From Vermamoeba vermiformis (lineage: Eukaryota), in assembly GCA_045837725.1 (NCBI GenBank), contig JBEWZL010000202.1:248001-312000 (forward strand): a DNA stretch of 64,000 nucleotides, read 5' to 3'. Shown in pieces: positions 1 to 11,966 of this stretch. The notes below the pieces were generated by a model. The model made no database searches. It saw only the letters and a list, made by a program, of their open reading frames with translations, and was not told the origin of the DNA. Position numbers and translations under genes: made by a program. Each line of letters starts with the position of its first letter. Positions within the stretch are counted from its first letter, which is position 1.

Positions 1-2411
1 CTACTGCTATGGGCACGATGTTAGGTATAATACTTATATATATATGTCATGGCCGGGACCTATGATTAATATACGCTATTAATAGGCTCGAGCTTGTTCG
101 TGTGTACTGTAGTCGTTGGTCTCATTACATTGGTCTCAAAAAGTGCGGTGACCGTTACACGACGACCCTTCATTAGGTACGACAATATTTATATCAATTA
201 TTGGTATTATAGCACCTAATAATATGTATTATATTAGAGACGTATTGTTCTTCATGATCTCTGTAGTATTTTTGTTCCTCGTGTGCTGGGACAACAAGAT
301 CTACGTCTGGGAATCCGCCTCCTTGATCGGCCTATACATAAGGTACTACATTATTATATTAAATATTAATACACAGCTAATAGATCTCGTACCAATTTTT
401 CTATCGAAAACGCGATCCAACTTTTCGTACGAATTTCATTCTAATATTTCCTTTTTATAGCTACGTACTAGTAGTAGTAATTGCACGCATTATTTATCAA
501 CGAAGCAAGAAACAAAGAAAGCTAGAGAAGCGTGAGAACACTGAGGCTTCGTTGATTGCTAACGATAGTCTGCGTGATCGTGAAGACGGGCTGATTATTG
601 AAGACGATGAAAATAACAGCGCTGAAAAACGCGAAGTTGATCGAATGATTAACGGCGAGTCAATTGATGAGAATGAAGAAGTAGAGTCGTAAGTATTGAT
701 AGTTTATTATGCAGGGTTTCTTTCTGCGTATTAATTTTATATCATATCATATTATCAATTTATACACGTTATTAATATAACTTATTTATAGGGTTGATAC
801 TAGATCCGCTGAATTTGGTATATACTCGATAATCTCTTGTTTAAAATTGCTTAATTTGCTTTATCTTGAAATTTATGTATTATTAAGGCATTATGCTAAT
901 ATAATGTTGTATTAGATGCAAGAAGAAGACGTCGTACATTGGCGGCAAGATTTTTCCGCAAATTAGAGTACGGCGTGTCGTACTTCGCCAAGACTGGTGT
1001 GTTCATGAAAAAGAAGAAAAAGCACGTGGCTGAAGACACACATCAATTCAACGTGAACGCGTCTGAGAGTCAGTATTATGATGACGTGCATTATAAGAAG
1101 CGAACTTGGCCCGAGAAATTCCACGAGTACGTCCGGAAATTTTATTTTCTCGTTGTGCAGTTTGATTAATAATATTTCCTTTTTTAGCTATTTCCATACT
1201 CTTGGAGAATATTTTGATTGGTTTGAACAAGTAAGATGAATTTTTTAAAACGGATCGAGCCAACTTTAATTTTGTACAGGGCCCTAAGAATAGAATTTTG
1301 ACGATCATTGATAGTCCTCGATTGCTGGCGCAGCATTTGACCATTCATTACAGCGAGAGCGACAAATACTTCAGAACTTTTTACGTCTTGCAACCGATCT
1401 GCATTCCGTTGTTCTTTTTCCTCGTATTTGATGGTACAAATCATTTTATTATTTACGAACGAATAGTCATATTAATTATTGATAGCTTGGAGCTTTACTT
1501 GGTTAGTCCCCGGTCCTTTCTGGATTTGGATCTTGGGCCTTGGTGCATTGTTATCACTTGCAGTCTTCTTAACAACAGTGGATTATAAGCCACCCCCCTA
1601 TGAATGGGTACGTTCTATCAATCAGTACAATGCATTGGAAGTATTCTAACGTAACCAACATTGTAGGCATTTATCGTGTTTGGCATGCTCATGGCAATCG
1701 TGTGGATTTATTTGATCGCGGCTGAACTCGTTGGAATTATTACGGTAAGATATACCCGACGGCTTCTATCAATAAATGTAAAGGTACTAATGTCCGATAA
1801 TTACTATAATAGGCAGCGGGTCTGATTTTGGGTATCTCGAATGCAATCATGGGCTTGACGATTATAGCGTGGGGTAATTCTGTCGGAGATTCAGTCTCGA
1901 ACATTATTGTCTCGCGCAAAGGTCACCCTCAAATGGCTATTGCTGCCTGCACTGCTGCACCATTGACCAGTAAGTCCAATTTCATTTTCTTAAGAAATTC
2001 GAAAATTATGTTAACGGCGTTTATTTCAAACCCAAATTTAAACCTTAAAGCAAATAGAATTTTATTGAAACCATTTTCGATAAGTTAATTTGATTGATTT
2101 TTAACGAATTTTTTTTAGATCTGTTGTTAGGTCAAGGTATCTCAAACTTGTTGTTGGCCTTGAAGCGAGGAGGCGTCATATTGTTAGTTAATACGGCCGG
2201 AGAGAAGGTCTTGACTAACAATATGTTCTTAGCGTTCTTATTCTTAATGATTACGTTGTTATTGAATATTACGCTGATCCCGCTTTTCAAGTTCCAGTTC
2301 AAGAAACAATTCGGAGTTTTGTTGGTGGTGAATTACATTGCGTTTACAATTTTATCATTTTTGACCGAATTTGGATACTTGTTCGACAGAGAAATTTGGT
2401 TCGAACATTAG
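1..2411 (+). CDS. Cation/Ca2+ exchanger (CCX/NCLX-like), multi-exon, 5'-truncated
   Basis: Alpha-2 repeat GLTIIAWGNSVGDSVSN...GHPQMAIAAC, alpha-1 remnant GSSLFVCTVV near the window start, multiple TM exons, stop at 2409-2411. Confidence 0.9.
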
Positions 2412-2614
2412 TCATAACTTCCTTTTGACAATTGAATTCTTTTTGTAATATAGTACTCGACCTAATAAATACTATAACCTTTTATGTAACGGCCTAGTTT
2501 TAAGAGGAAATTTACGCAAATTCAATTTGGTGTTCAAACGCGAAAAAAACTTTGACACGTGTCATCGAACTTTAACGATTTACTATAGTTACAGTACAAA
2601 TAAGAGGTGGTTTT

Positions 2615-3435
2615 TTAGTTATTATTTCTATCATATCGCCTCATTTTGCTCCATTCTCTCTCATTCTGTTTGCGTAATCGTTTTTTATCGAGATTACGTT
2701 CAACTTGTCGTTCTTTTTCTTCCGCAAACTTAGCTTTTAAAATTGGCTCTTGTTGCTCTCTAGCATCTTCTTCTATATTTAGCAAATAATATGATTAGTA
2801 TTACAATCGATCATTATTATTTGAAAATTAATAGATTTACCTTGGTCTGCTTTCCTATTTAAATGATTAATAGCTGCTTTTGGATTATCGTTGGCAAGTT
2901 CCGGTGAAATTTCTAGTTCGTTGTTGCCTCGGACATTAATTCGGTATTGTAGAAATTTGCAATCTCTCCCGCAGCGGTATCCTTTTCGCGTGTCATGGTA
3001 CAAAAACATATTATTGAATGTCGAGGGCAGAGTCTTCAATCTGTTACACGAAGCATCGATCATCTCTAAGCCCAGTAGCTCCGCAAGGATTGCAGGTAAA
3101 GTTTCTAATCGATTGTGACTCACATCAATTTCTTTAAGGTTCTTGTTATCTGAAATAAATATTTATATTAGTACTATAAATTGTAACAAATAGTGCGAAT
3201 AGCTTCGCGTCAATTTCGGTATTGAAGATGAAAAAGATATTTGAATTGAGGTCAACTTACTCTTAAATAATTTATCTGGAAGCTCTGTTAGGTTATTATT
3301 ACTTAATACTAATTTTTCTAAGTGATGCAGGTTGAGAACTGCTTCTGGTATCTCGTCCAAGTTCTGGTAGCTCAGATCCAGTCTTTTTGTCTTCTTGCTG
3401 TCCTTTATTAGTAATTTTAATACTTCTGAATTCAT
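2615..3435 (-). CDS. Small leucine-rich-repeat protein (3 exons) with charged C-terminal tail
   Basis: LRR units RLDLSYQNLDEIP, KLVLSNNNLTELP, EIDVSHNRLETLP, MIDASCNRLKTLP. Last exon EEDAREQQ...RRYDRNNN*. Confidence 0.85.
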
Positions 3436-3723
3436 CTTGTGTCTTGTGCTTCTATCGTTTGAATATTATTTACAGCAATTATTGTTTCTCTTTTACAGGT
3501 GCTCTCGGGACCAAGATTGTGTCCTCTCCCTAGCGCATCTCGAGAATAAGTCAGGAATTCCAGTGAACATCTTAAATATTTCTTATAGTGAATCAAGAAA
3601 GAAAAAATGCGACTTAAAATAATTATTTCGATGTTGAAGCCAAGAAACGTCCACGATTTCGAGATACGGTAAGGATTTGGATCCGGATGCACCCAATTCG
3701 TTACTTCTTCCGTGCATAATATT

Positions 3724-4584
3724 TTATTTAACTTTCTTGACCTTATCTATCTTTTTGTTTGGCTTACTGGTACCAGACAAAGCTCGATAAATGTGACGCA
3801 ACAAGCCAAAAACAATAAGGACGATGCCGATCGCGGCAAAGAACCATTTGATCAAGTTGTCAATGTTGCCCATCATAGCCAAGTTATTATTCTCCGTATT
3901 GTCTTCCAATTGATCGGCTCTATACTTTTGAAGCATGCGATATAGCGTGTAATTTTCCAGCATGTCAAATCCGAAGCAAAATACCGGGATCAGCACCACT
4001 TTAGTTCCTGGATAGAATATAGAAAACAAGCTGATAGCCCATAGGTTCATACTTTAATAGTAGAAGAGTGTTAGATTCGCCTTAAGTTTCAGGTAACGGC
4101 ATCTAAAAATGGATGCAGATCTTACAACAAAGGCATAAAGAAATCATAGCCTTCTAGATACACACGCTCGAATGCTGTTTGGAGTTCAACACCATACGAA
4201 AAGAATTGTCGAATATCCTGGCGAGAGAAACCAAATCGCAAATCTGGCACCTAATTTCATGAAAGCGTTAGAGTAATTATTTGATAATTTTCTTTCGTAC
4301 GAAGTAACTCAATATAATTGAATAGCAGCGTGTTTTTGCAGTTATATAAATTCGCTAAATTTTTAATCGATTAAGAAGGAAAACTACTAACCTGCTCTCC
4401 GTTCATTACAGGATCAAGCACTCTAGATTTGTATCTATAAATATATATTAGTATTTAAAAATGGTTTGATTCAATATCATTCGACTGACTCGTAGATCCG
4501 GTAGTTGTTAAACAGATACAAAGCGAAGAACAAAGCAAACAGCTTCCAGCTGCCGAGCTCATTAAGTGCTTTGACAATGCTCAT
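3724..4584 (-). CDS. Uncharacterised multi-pass membrane protein (PDLRFGFS...FDMLEN type)
   Basis: Four exons joined at GT-AG sites, hydrophobic helices, motifs VPDLRFGFS, YDFFMPLL, FDMLEN. Confidence 0.65.
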
Positions 4585-4781
4585 TTGTGGTGCTTTGGCT
4601 GTCTGTTTGAGAGATAGAAAACTAATTTTTGGTCCGTTATGGGACTGAATCAGCCAGAGCTTCTTAAACGAGAGTCAGCTCAGATCTGGTCAGCTAACTG
4701 AGGCAACTTGCCAAGCAAGCCTTAGAAACTCATTTTACTTTGCTGAATACCTCCGGTAGCTTATGTCATTGTTGCGGAATT

Positions 4782-4916
4782 CAATTCTTTATCCAACAGT
4801 CTAGTAAAAGAACTGTTTGAATAGAGTTGTATAATACATACGTTACCGAGCCCCGGCGCTCTCAGCGGTTGTTTTAATGCTGAGCGGTTTATTTCTCGCT
4901 AATGTGAGTCACAATT
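4782..4916 (+). ncRNA. Candidate two-hairpin (H/ACA-like) small RNA
   Basis: Hairpin 4782-4829, ANANNA box ATAATA 4831-4836, hairpin 4840-4905, ACA at 4911-4913 plus 3 nt; total about 135 nt. G-U pairs favour the + strand. Confidence 0.3.
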
Positions 4917-4920
4917 CGAA

Positions 4921-5976
4921 TTACAACTCGATTTTCTCTTCAAGTTCTGCATCTTCAGCAACTGCAGGCTTAGCAGCGGCCTTAGGAGGTCTCTTAGGAG
5001 GCATATGATGGCCAGAAGCGGCTTGTTTTGCTGCCTTTTGCTTCAATTGTTGCTTGATCTGGTACGCCAAAGTTAGTTCGTTACATCGGCTTCAAAAGCT
5101 TTCAAATATAATTTTGATGGTATATTTGAGTTGAATATTGATAATACTAACAAATATGCGTAAATTTTGCCTAGAAACGGAATTTTAAGCCCAGATCTGT
5201 CGCGTACCTCTTCGGGCAAACCTTTGCCGTCAAAATTGAACTGGCCCAAGTCAAGAGGAGGTTCATTTTTCAATAGATCGATCCACCACTTGAAGAACTT
5301 GGTGCTGAAGTAAGTTTGAACGTCTTTTTCAGGCGCTTTTGGGTTGTCAATCAAATACTGCACCATTTCGTCGAGGATCTTGTTCTAAAATCACGAAATA
5401 TTATGAAATAGTCGTATAATAACACGTTTGTATTTATATTACGTACGCCTGAGCTAACAAATGCGGGTTGCTTCGCGTTTTTATCGACTTCAGTTAATGA
5501 ATAGCCCATCTTCTCGGCTAATTGAACGCCCTACCATTTTAATAGGTTAACATGTGCTTTTATAAGCGGTATATACCATTTTAAGCTTAATAAATGCATA
5601 CCATATTGTCAATGTAACTCTCGATCGAATCTTGTAGCTGAGAGCATCTGCTGCGTTCAATCTTTCTGCCGACTTGTCTGCATTTTTTAAAAGCCTTTTC
5701 AGCATAGTCTACGCTGAATTGAAGGCATTCAACGGCAACTAAGATACGAATCCACTTAGTGACGTCACCAAAATTTATAATGTCATTAATTATCGCATTA
5801 ATATTAATAAAAATTCCATGCACGATTACTGTAATTATTGAACGATAAAAATAACGAAATCCATTGCTTTTGAATTTAACCGAACGAAAAAACGTAGATT
5901 TGGACGTGTCACTTGAGCAAAATAACGTACCAGCAGAGCAAACGATGAATACTACCAGCAAATGTATTAGTTTCAT
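4921..5976 (-). CDS. Orphan secretory-pathway protein with signal peptide and C-terminal KIEL (ER-retrieval-like)
   Basis: Five exons: MKLIHLLVVFIVCSA|VAVECLQF...DNM|GVQLAEKMG...|NKILDEMVQY...LPEE|IKQQLK...EEKIEL*, all GT-AG junctions in frame. Confidence 0.7.
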
Positions 5977-6126
5977 TGGCTTCGTGTTGGTGTGGGTGTT
6001 TATCACGGAAATAAAAAATAAACATTTTCGTCCATTAGCTCGCTTTGCACAGCACAAAAGCGAATTGAAGCTCGTGCATTAGTATTTATTACTAATATAT
6101 GAACAATTTTGAAGCTGATTAAGACG

Positions 6127-7878
6127 ATGAGTGGCTTGGTAAGCCCAGATCGATTTTTCGTCCTCAACAACAATTTTTAACGTTGTTTAACCATATTAGA
6201 CACGAATAATATTTTTATTACCATGATATCATAATTAATTTCCGATTTTAATTAATACATATCGTAGACCCTGCTTCCAAATGAGATTTGGTTCGCTATC
6301 TTGCGAAATATTAAGGAACCACTTCCTATTAATGGTGACAAAATTCATACATTCGCAATAAGATGCGCTCTGATGATGCTTGTTCGAGTTAACAAGCGGA
6401 TGCAGCAAATAGTTATGGATTACAGAGCGGCAACTCGACTGCCTAAACTCAGCCTCCTTGATAACTTGGGCAGTTATTTTGCTTATTATGGATATTTATC
6501 AGCGTTACAATACGCACGAGAAACAGGCTTAGAGATCTCGGCGGATGTGTGCGGCAAGGCTTCATTAGGCGGGAACTTAGACTGCTTAAAATACGCAGCG
6601 CAACATTGCCCTAAGATAGACAGTCGTGCGTGCACTAATGCAGGCATCAGAGGCTCGTTGGAATGTTTGAAATTTGCCCACGAGAACGGTGCTACTTGGG
6701 ACAACACTACGACTGCCATGACTGCCAGATATGGAAACTTAGAGTGCCTAATGTACGAGCACGAGAACGGCTGTAACTGGGACGAATGGACGACGGCTTA
6801 CGCAGCGGAGGGAGGGCACTTGGACTGCCTCAAGTACGCACGAGACAACCAGTGTCCTTGGACGATCAAAACGGCTAATTACGCTGCGAATCGCGGTTAC
6901 TTAAATATACTTAAGTATACCTACGAGAATCGGTGCAATTGGTCAGAAGACACGGCTGCTGCCGCGGCGAGATCTGGCAACTTGGAATGTTTGGAATATC
7001 TCTTCGACTATGGCTGTCACTGGGACGCTAAAGCTTCCAAAGAGGCTGCTGAAGCTGGCCAGTTCCACATACTGAAGTTTTTGCACGAAAACGGGTGTCC
7101 TTGGAACGAGACAGCATGCGCTGGCGCCGCTAAAAATGGCAACTTGGAAATGTTAATCTATTTGCACGAAAATGGATGCAAATGGAACGAAACGACTTGC
7201 AGTGCCGCTGCATCGAATGCACACCTTGAAATATTGCGATATGCACGTAACAATGGTTGCCCATGGGACGAAAACACGTGCACGAGCGCTGTATCAAATG
7301 GGTCATTGGCTTGCCTCAAATACGCTGTAGAAAATGGTTGTCCTTGGAGAGAAGTGTCCAAGTGCGCCGTCCGAGCAGCTGACAATGGTTTCTTAGAAAT
7401 ATTGCAGTATTGTCTTGAGCGTGGTGCTTCAAAAACAGATCCGCTGATCACGAAAAAACTAGCCATGAGGAATTCGTTGGAAGGCGTCAGATTCGCCTTC
7501 ACACTAGGGTGTCCATTAGATAGTTCGATATGTAGCGTAGCAGCTGAAAAAGGAAATTTACAATTGTTGAAGTTTGCTCACGAGAACGGATGTGTTTGGA
7601 CCGAAGAAACTACAATGCAAGCAGCGCTTAATGGTCATATTGACTGCCTAGAATATGCACACGAGAGTGGCTGCCCTTGGAACGAAGAAACGACGCTTGC
7701 AGCTGCTCGCAAGGGTCATCTTTCGTGCCTCATCTACGCTCGAGAAAACGGATGTGGCTGGTCGGCTCCTGCAGTTACTTACGCTTGGAACAATGGATTT
7801 AAGTATGTAGCTAGATATTGTATAGCTAACGGTTGCCCAGTTGATTTTTCGAAGCTTGTTAATTATCGACCAGAATAA
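6127..7878 (+). CDS. F-box + ankyrin-repeat protein (giant-virus-style GCPW repeats)
   Basis: Micro-exon MSGL (6127-6138), intron 6139-6267, then LLPNEIWFAIL...LVRVNKRMQQIV (F-box-like) and about 17 repeats of ~26 aa of type AAxxGHLExLKYAHENGCPWxxxT. Confidence 0.9.
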
Positions 7879-7938
7879 ATTTCTGTACTTTTTACTGCGG
7901 GATGTATTTTTTATTTGAGTCTGAAGTGAATAACAAAG

Positions 7939-10900
7939 ATGGACAAAAGAAAGAAGGACTTTGTTATGACCATCGACGAGGTCGATGTGGGTGATATAGA
8001 CGATGACCCAGAAGACGAAGAGTTGGAAATTAATAAGGTAAATCCCGATCCAGATCGCAAATCAAATCTTTTAACGCTAATTAAATTTGCAAAAAATGCC
8101 AAAGATACGTACAATAATATTCAAACGAAATTTGGAATATTAACGTCGCGATCCAACTTTCTCGATCGGATTCAGAATCTGTTTTTTAACAATTATCACT
8201 ATAAATTCAGTTATACGCTTACTAATATTCCATATAATTTTAGAAAGAAGGTTTTGCCTTCGATTTTGAAGACGCAGAACCTGTAGCGTCTGCATCTCCG
8301 TGGGACTTCGCGTCAGCCAAGAAAAAATTGCTAGCGCGCAATTCAGTAAGCCATTATATTTTTATATTAGAATAATTATTTTAATGCGTATTTTACTCCT
8401 AGATCCCAACTACTTCTGTAGATGAGAAGATCCAACGCCGGATCCAAAACAGAGCAAAAGAAGAAGAGGTAAGCACGACCCATTTCTTATAATTTTCTAA
8501 ATATTATGTAGCGCCTAAAGAAACAAGCTGCATTGCAAAAAGAAATCGACGAAGCTGAAGTCGAATACATGGGCAGTGTCAGTTTAGAAAGCGCATCTGG
8601 ATCAGATTCGGACGACGATGATGACGATGATGAGGACGGCGATGAAGAAGATGGCGATGAAATGATGGAGGAAGACGAAAATGATGACGACGATGCGGAT
8701 TCGGACGAAGATGAAAATGAGAACGGAGATCTCGATCAAAATGAATACGTTGGTAGCGACGGCGATAACGACGATGAAAATAGTGACGATGACGATGAAG
8801 AAGATGATGACGACGAGGATGAAGGCGATGATGATGATGGCGACGATGAAAATGGTGCCGCTGAAGATCAGCTCGAAGACATGCCTCAAAATGACGTCTT
8901 GAAGGACTTGCCGAAGCGAAAGGGCAAGACTAAGAAAGATGTAAGTATTTTGTCTATCAACTCATTCATCTGGCCTATATTTTTAGCGCATCCATAATTT
9001 TTTTTAACTGAACCATTGCTTCTTACGAAATAATAATATTATTCTTATAAAATGGCTTTCTAACAATTTTATTGCCCAATTAGACATTTTTCAGTGAAAG
9101 ACTGAGTGGTCCATCGCAAGACATGACTTTCGATGCGCTTCAGCTCTCCAGACCTCTATTGAAGGCTATTAACGAACTCGGTTATAAATCGCCGACTGTT
9201 GTCCAACAAACGACCATTCCTGTTGCTTTGAAGGGCTTGGACATTTGTGGTTCAGCCGTTACTGGATCTGGTAAGCCTACGAAACGTTTATAATTTAAAA
9301 AACAAATCGCTCTAAATCGTAATCTAACGATTCATATTAAAGGTAAAACTGCTGCTTTCGTTTTGCCTATTTTAGAACGATTGCTCTGGCGAGATCTTCG
9401 TCTTCCGGCAATTAGAGTTCTTATTCTCGCTCCTACTCGGTAATATTAAGCGACTATTATTATTATAGTATCTATATTAATATCGCATCACTAGTGAGTT
9501 GGCTATTCAATGTCACTCCGTCATTGAAAACTTGGCCAAGTACACGAACATTAGAGCCGCTTTGATTACCGGTAAATATTTGTTAATTTGGTATTATAGA
9601 GACCGTATTAATATATATGATACAGGTGGTATGGCCATTAAGCCTCAAGAAGTCGAATTACGCACCTTCCCGGACATTCTCGTGGCCACGCCTGGTCGTA
9701 TGATTGATCACTTGAGAAACACGATGTCGTTTGGTCTCGATAGCTTGGATATTTTAGTACTCGACGAGGCTGATAGGTAAGCATATTAAACGACTAAACT
9801 TATCATAACAACTTTTTCACCAAGATCAACTTTAAGATCCAATTTTTAAATTATTAGTTTCGGCTTAAAATTCGGTTTCATTTGTCATTAATATTTTTTA
9901 ATGTGTATTAGATTGCTTGAAATGGGTTTCTTCGAAGAAGTTGAACAAATTGTTAAGATGTGCCCGAAGAAACGACAAACCATGTTGTTCTCTGCTACTA
10001 TGACTGAACAGGTACGCTTAAAATATTGTATATTTATCGTGCAATATACTTATTCATCGTATTATTATAGGTCGATAAGCTGATCAAGTTGTCTTTGGAA
10101 AAGCCAGTACGAGTCTCAGTAGATCCGATGTTTCAAGTACGTTACATGAGCTATGTTCCTAGAATATTAGGCTAATATTATATTAATATCAGATGGCTAG
10201 AAAATTGACGCAAGAGTTTGTGCGCATTAAAGGTCCCAGAGAGCCCGAAAGACCTGCATTCTTATTGGCCTTGTGTACGAGAACTTTCAAGACAAAAACA
10301 ATCGTCTTTTTCCAACACAAACATACCTGCCATCAAATGAGAATTTACTTCGGTTTGGCTGGACTAAAGGCTGGTGAAATTCACGGTAACTTGCCTCAAG
10401 ACAAGGTAAGATCCAAATCCGGATTTAAAAAAAATTAAATATTTTTTCTAATATTTGTTTAGCGTTTGGAAGCCTTAGAAAACTTCCGTGACGGCAAAGT
10501 AGATTTCTTATTGGCCACTGACGTTGCTGCTCGTGGTCTCGATATCGTTGGTATTGAAACCGTTATCAACTACACTTTGCCTGGCAACATTCAAAGTTAC
10601 GTGCATCGTGTTGGTCGTACTGCTCGTGCTGGTGGTACTGGTCGTGCAGTGTCGTTGATTGGTGAAAAAGATCGTAAAATGCTCAAAGAGGTTCTGAAAT
10701 ATCAAGCCGCAAACGTACGTGTACACAACAACTTTAACTCATTTTTTCACAGTTACTAATAACATGTTTATCTCATTAGACGAAGCAAAGAGTGCTGCCT
10801 CCTGAGGCCATTGCTGAGTGGAAAGAAAAGCTCGATAAATTCCAAGAAGACGCACAGGCAATTATGAAGCAAGAGTCGGTTGAAAAGGAACTTCGAACAG

Positions 10901-11684
10901 CTGACATGGAGGCCACTAAAGTCAAGAACATGATCGAACACGAAGAAGAAATTTACTCACGACCCAAGAAGACGTGGTTCATTAGCGAAAGGGAAAAGAA
11001 ACAATTGAAAGAAGAGTCAGTCCGTCAAGCTAAGGGCGAGGCACTCAACAAAGAAGATGTTCGTGAGACTAGGAAACGAAAGCGCGCAGAAATGGAGGAC
11101 AAGAAGAAGCAAGGCGATTGGCAATCGAAGAAACGTCAACGATTGGAAGAACTTAAAGAAGGTAAGTCACTTTGGTCTCAAAGTTTGACACGTGTCAAAG
11201 TCCTTTTTTTCACACAATCATTGCCCTAACTTCATTCAAATCTCTCGTGCGCGGGCTTATTTGACGCGTGTTTACTGCATAGTTCCCATTTGAAATTTCA
11301 GTTTGACGTTTGTACTAATTGATTTCGTATTTAGCCGATAAGCTCATGAAGTCTGCCAAGAGAACAGCCAAGCCTATGTCCAAGAAAAAGAAGCTGAAGG
11401 ACATGACTGACAGAGATCTCCTCAGTCCGAGTGCCAAGCGCAGAATTGAAAAACAAGAACAGAAAGCCAAATCAGGACCCAAAAAGAAAGGCGGCAAGAA
11501 GTCTGGCTCTTTCAGCTCTGAAGTTAAAAAAGCTAAATATAACGAAGAGAAGACGTTTATTCCTGGTAAAAAGAAGGGCAAGTCCGCCTTCAAGTCAAAG
11601 AAGAGGTACGGTCATCAGATCTGACTTAAATTTCCTTCATATGTACTAATCTTCCGTTATTTTTATAGACATAAGAGACGTTAA
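7939..11684 (+). CDS. DDX27: DEAD-box RNA helicase DDX27/Drs1 (60S biogenesis)
   Basis: Acidic N-terminus, motifs [40 protein letters not shown], the DDX27-type segment [10 protein letters not shown], and basic tail FKSKKRHKRR*. Confidence 0.95.
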
Positions 11685-11966
11685 GAAGATAACAGATTTT
11701 GAAAGGCTACGGCTCCGTGTAACGAACCGATCTGCGAAAATAAAGTACTAAAACGATCGAATTACTGTAATTTTTCGTTGATCGCTAAACCCCGTCAAAA
11801 AAATAGAAGGAAGCGACGAATCACGTTTTCGAGCAATTATTATTAGTCGCCGTTGAACGTGTTATTCATCACGTGACTCGATGGAGATCAAGAATTCTGC
11901 TTCGTAATGAAACATATGTTATTGCTATTTAAATTTACACCTATGCACATTGTGCTCATTCATCAT

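Noticed and set aside
4795-4820. U5-like loop (CTTTTACTAG on the - strand)
   Set aside because: Does not match the invariant GCCTTTTAC and has no downstream Sm site.
6127-7878. Endogenous giant-virus insertion
   Set aside because: Only one virus-like gene, flanked by intron-rich host genes, with no viral core genes or terminal repeats.
8602-8902. Hydrophobic - strand ORF and M/T/K-rich ORF
   Set aside because: Alternative readings of the GAY/GAR acidic tract of DDX27.
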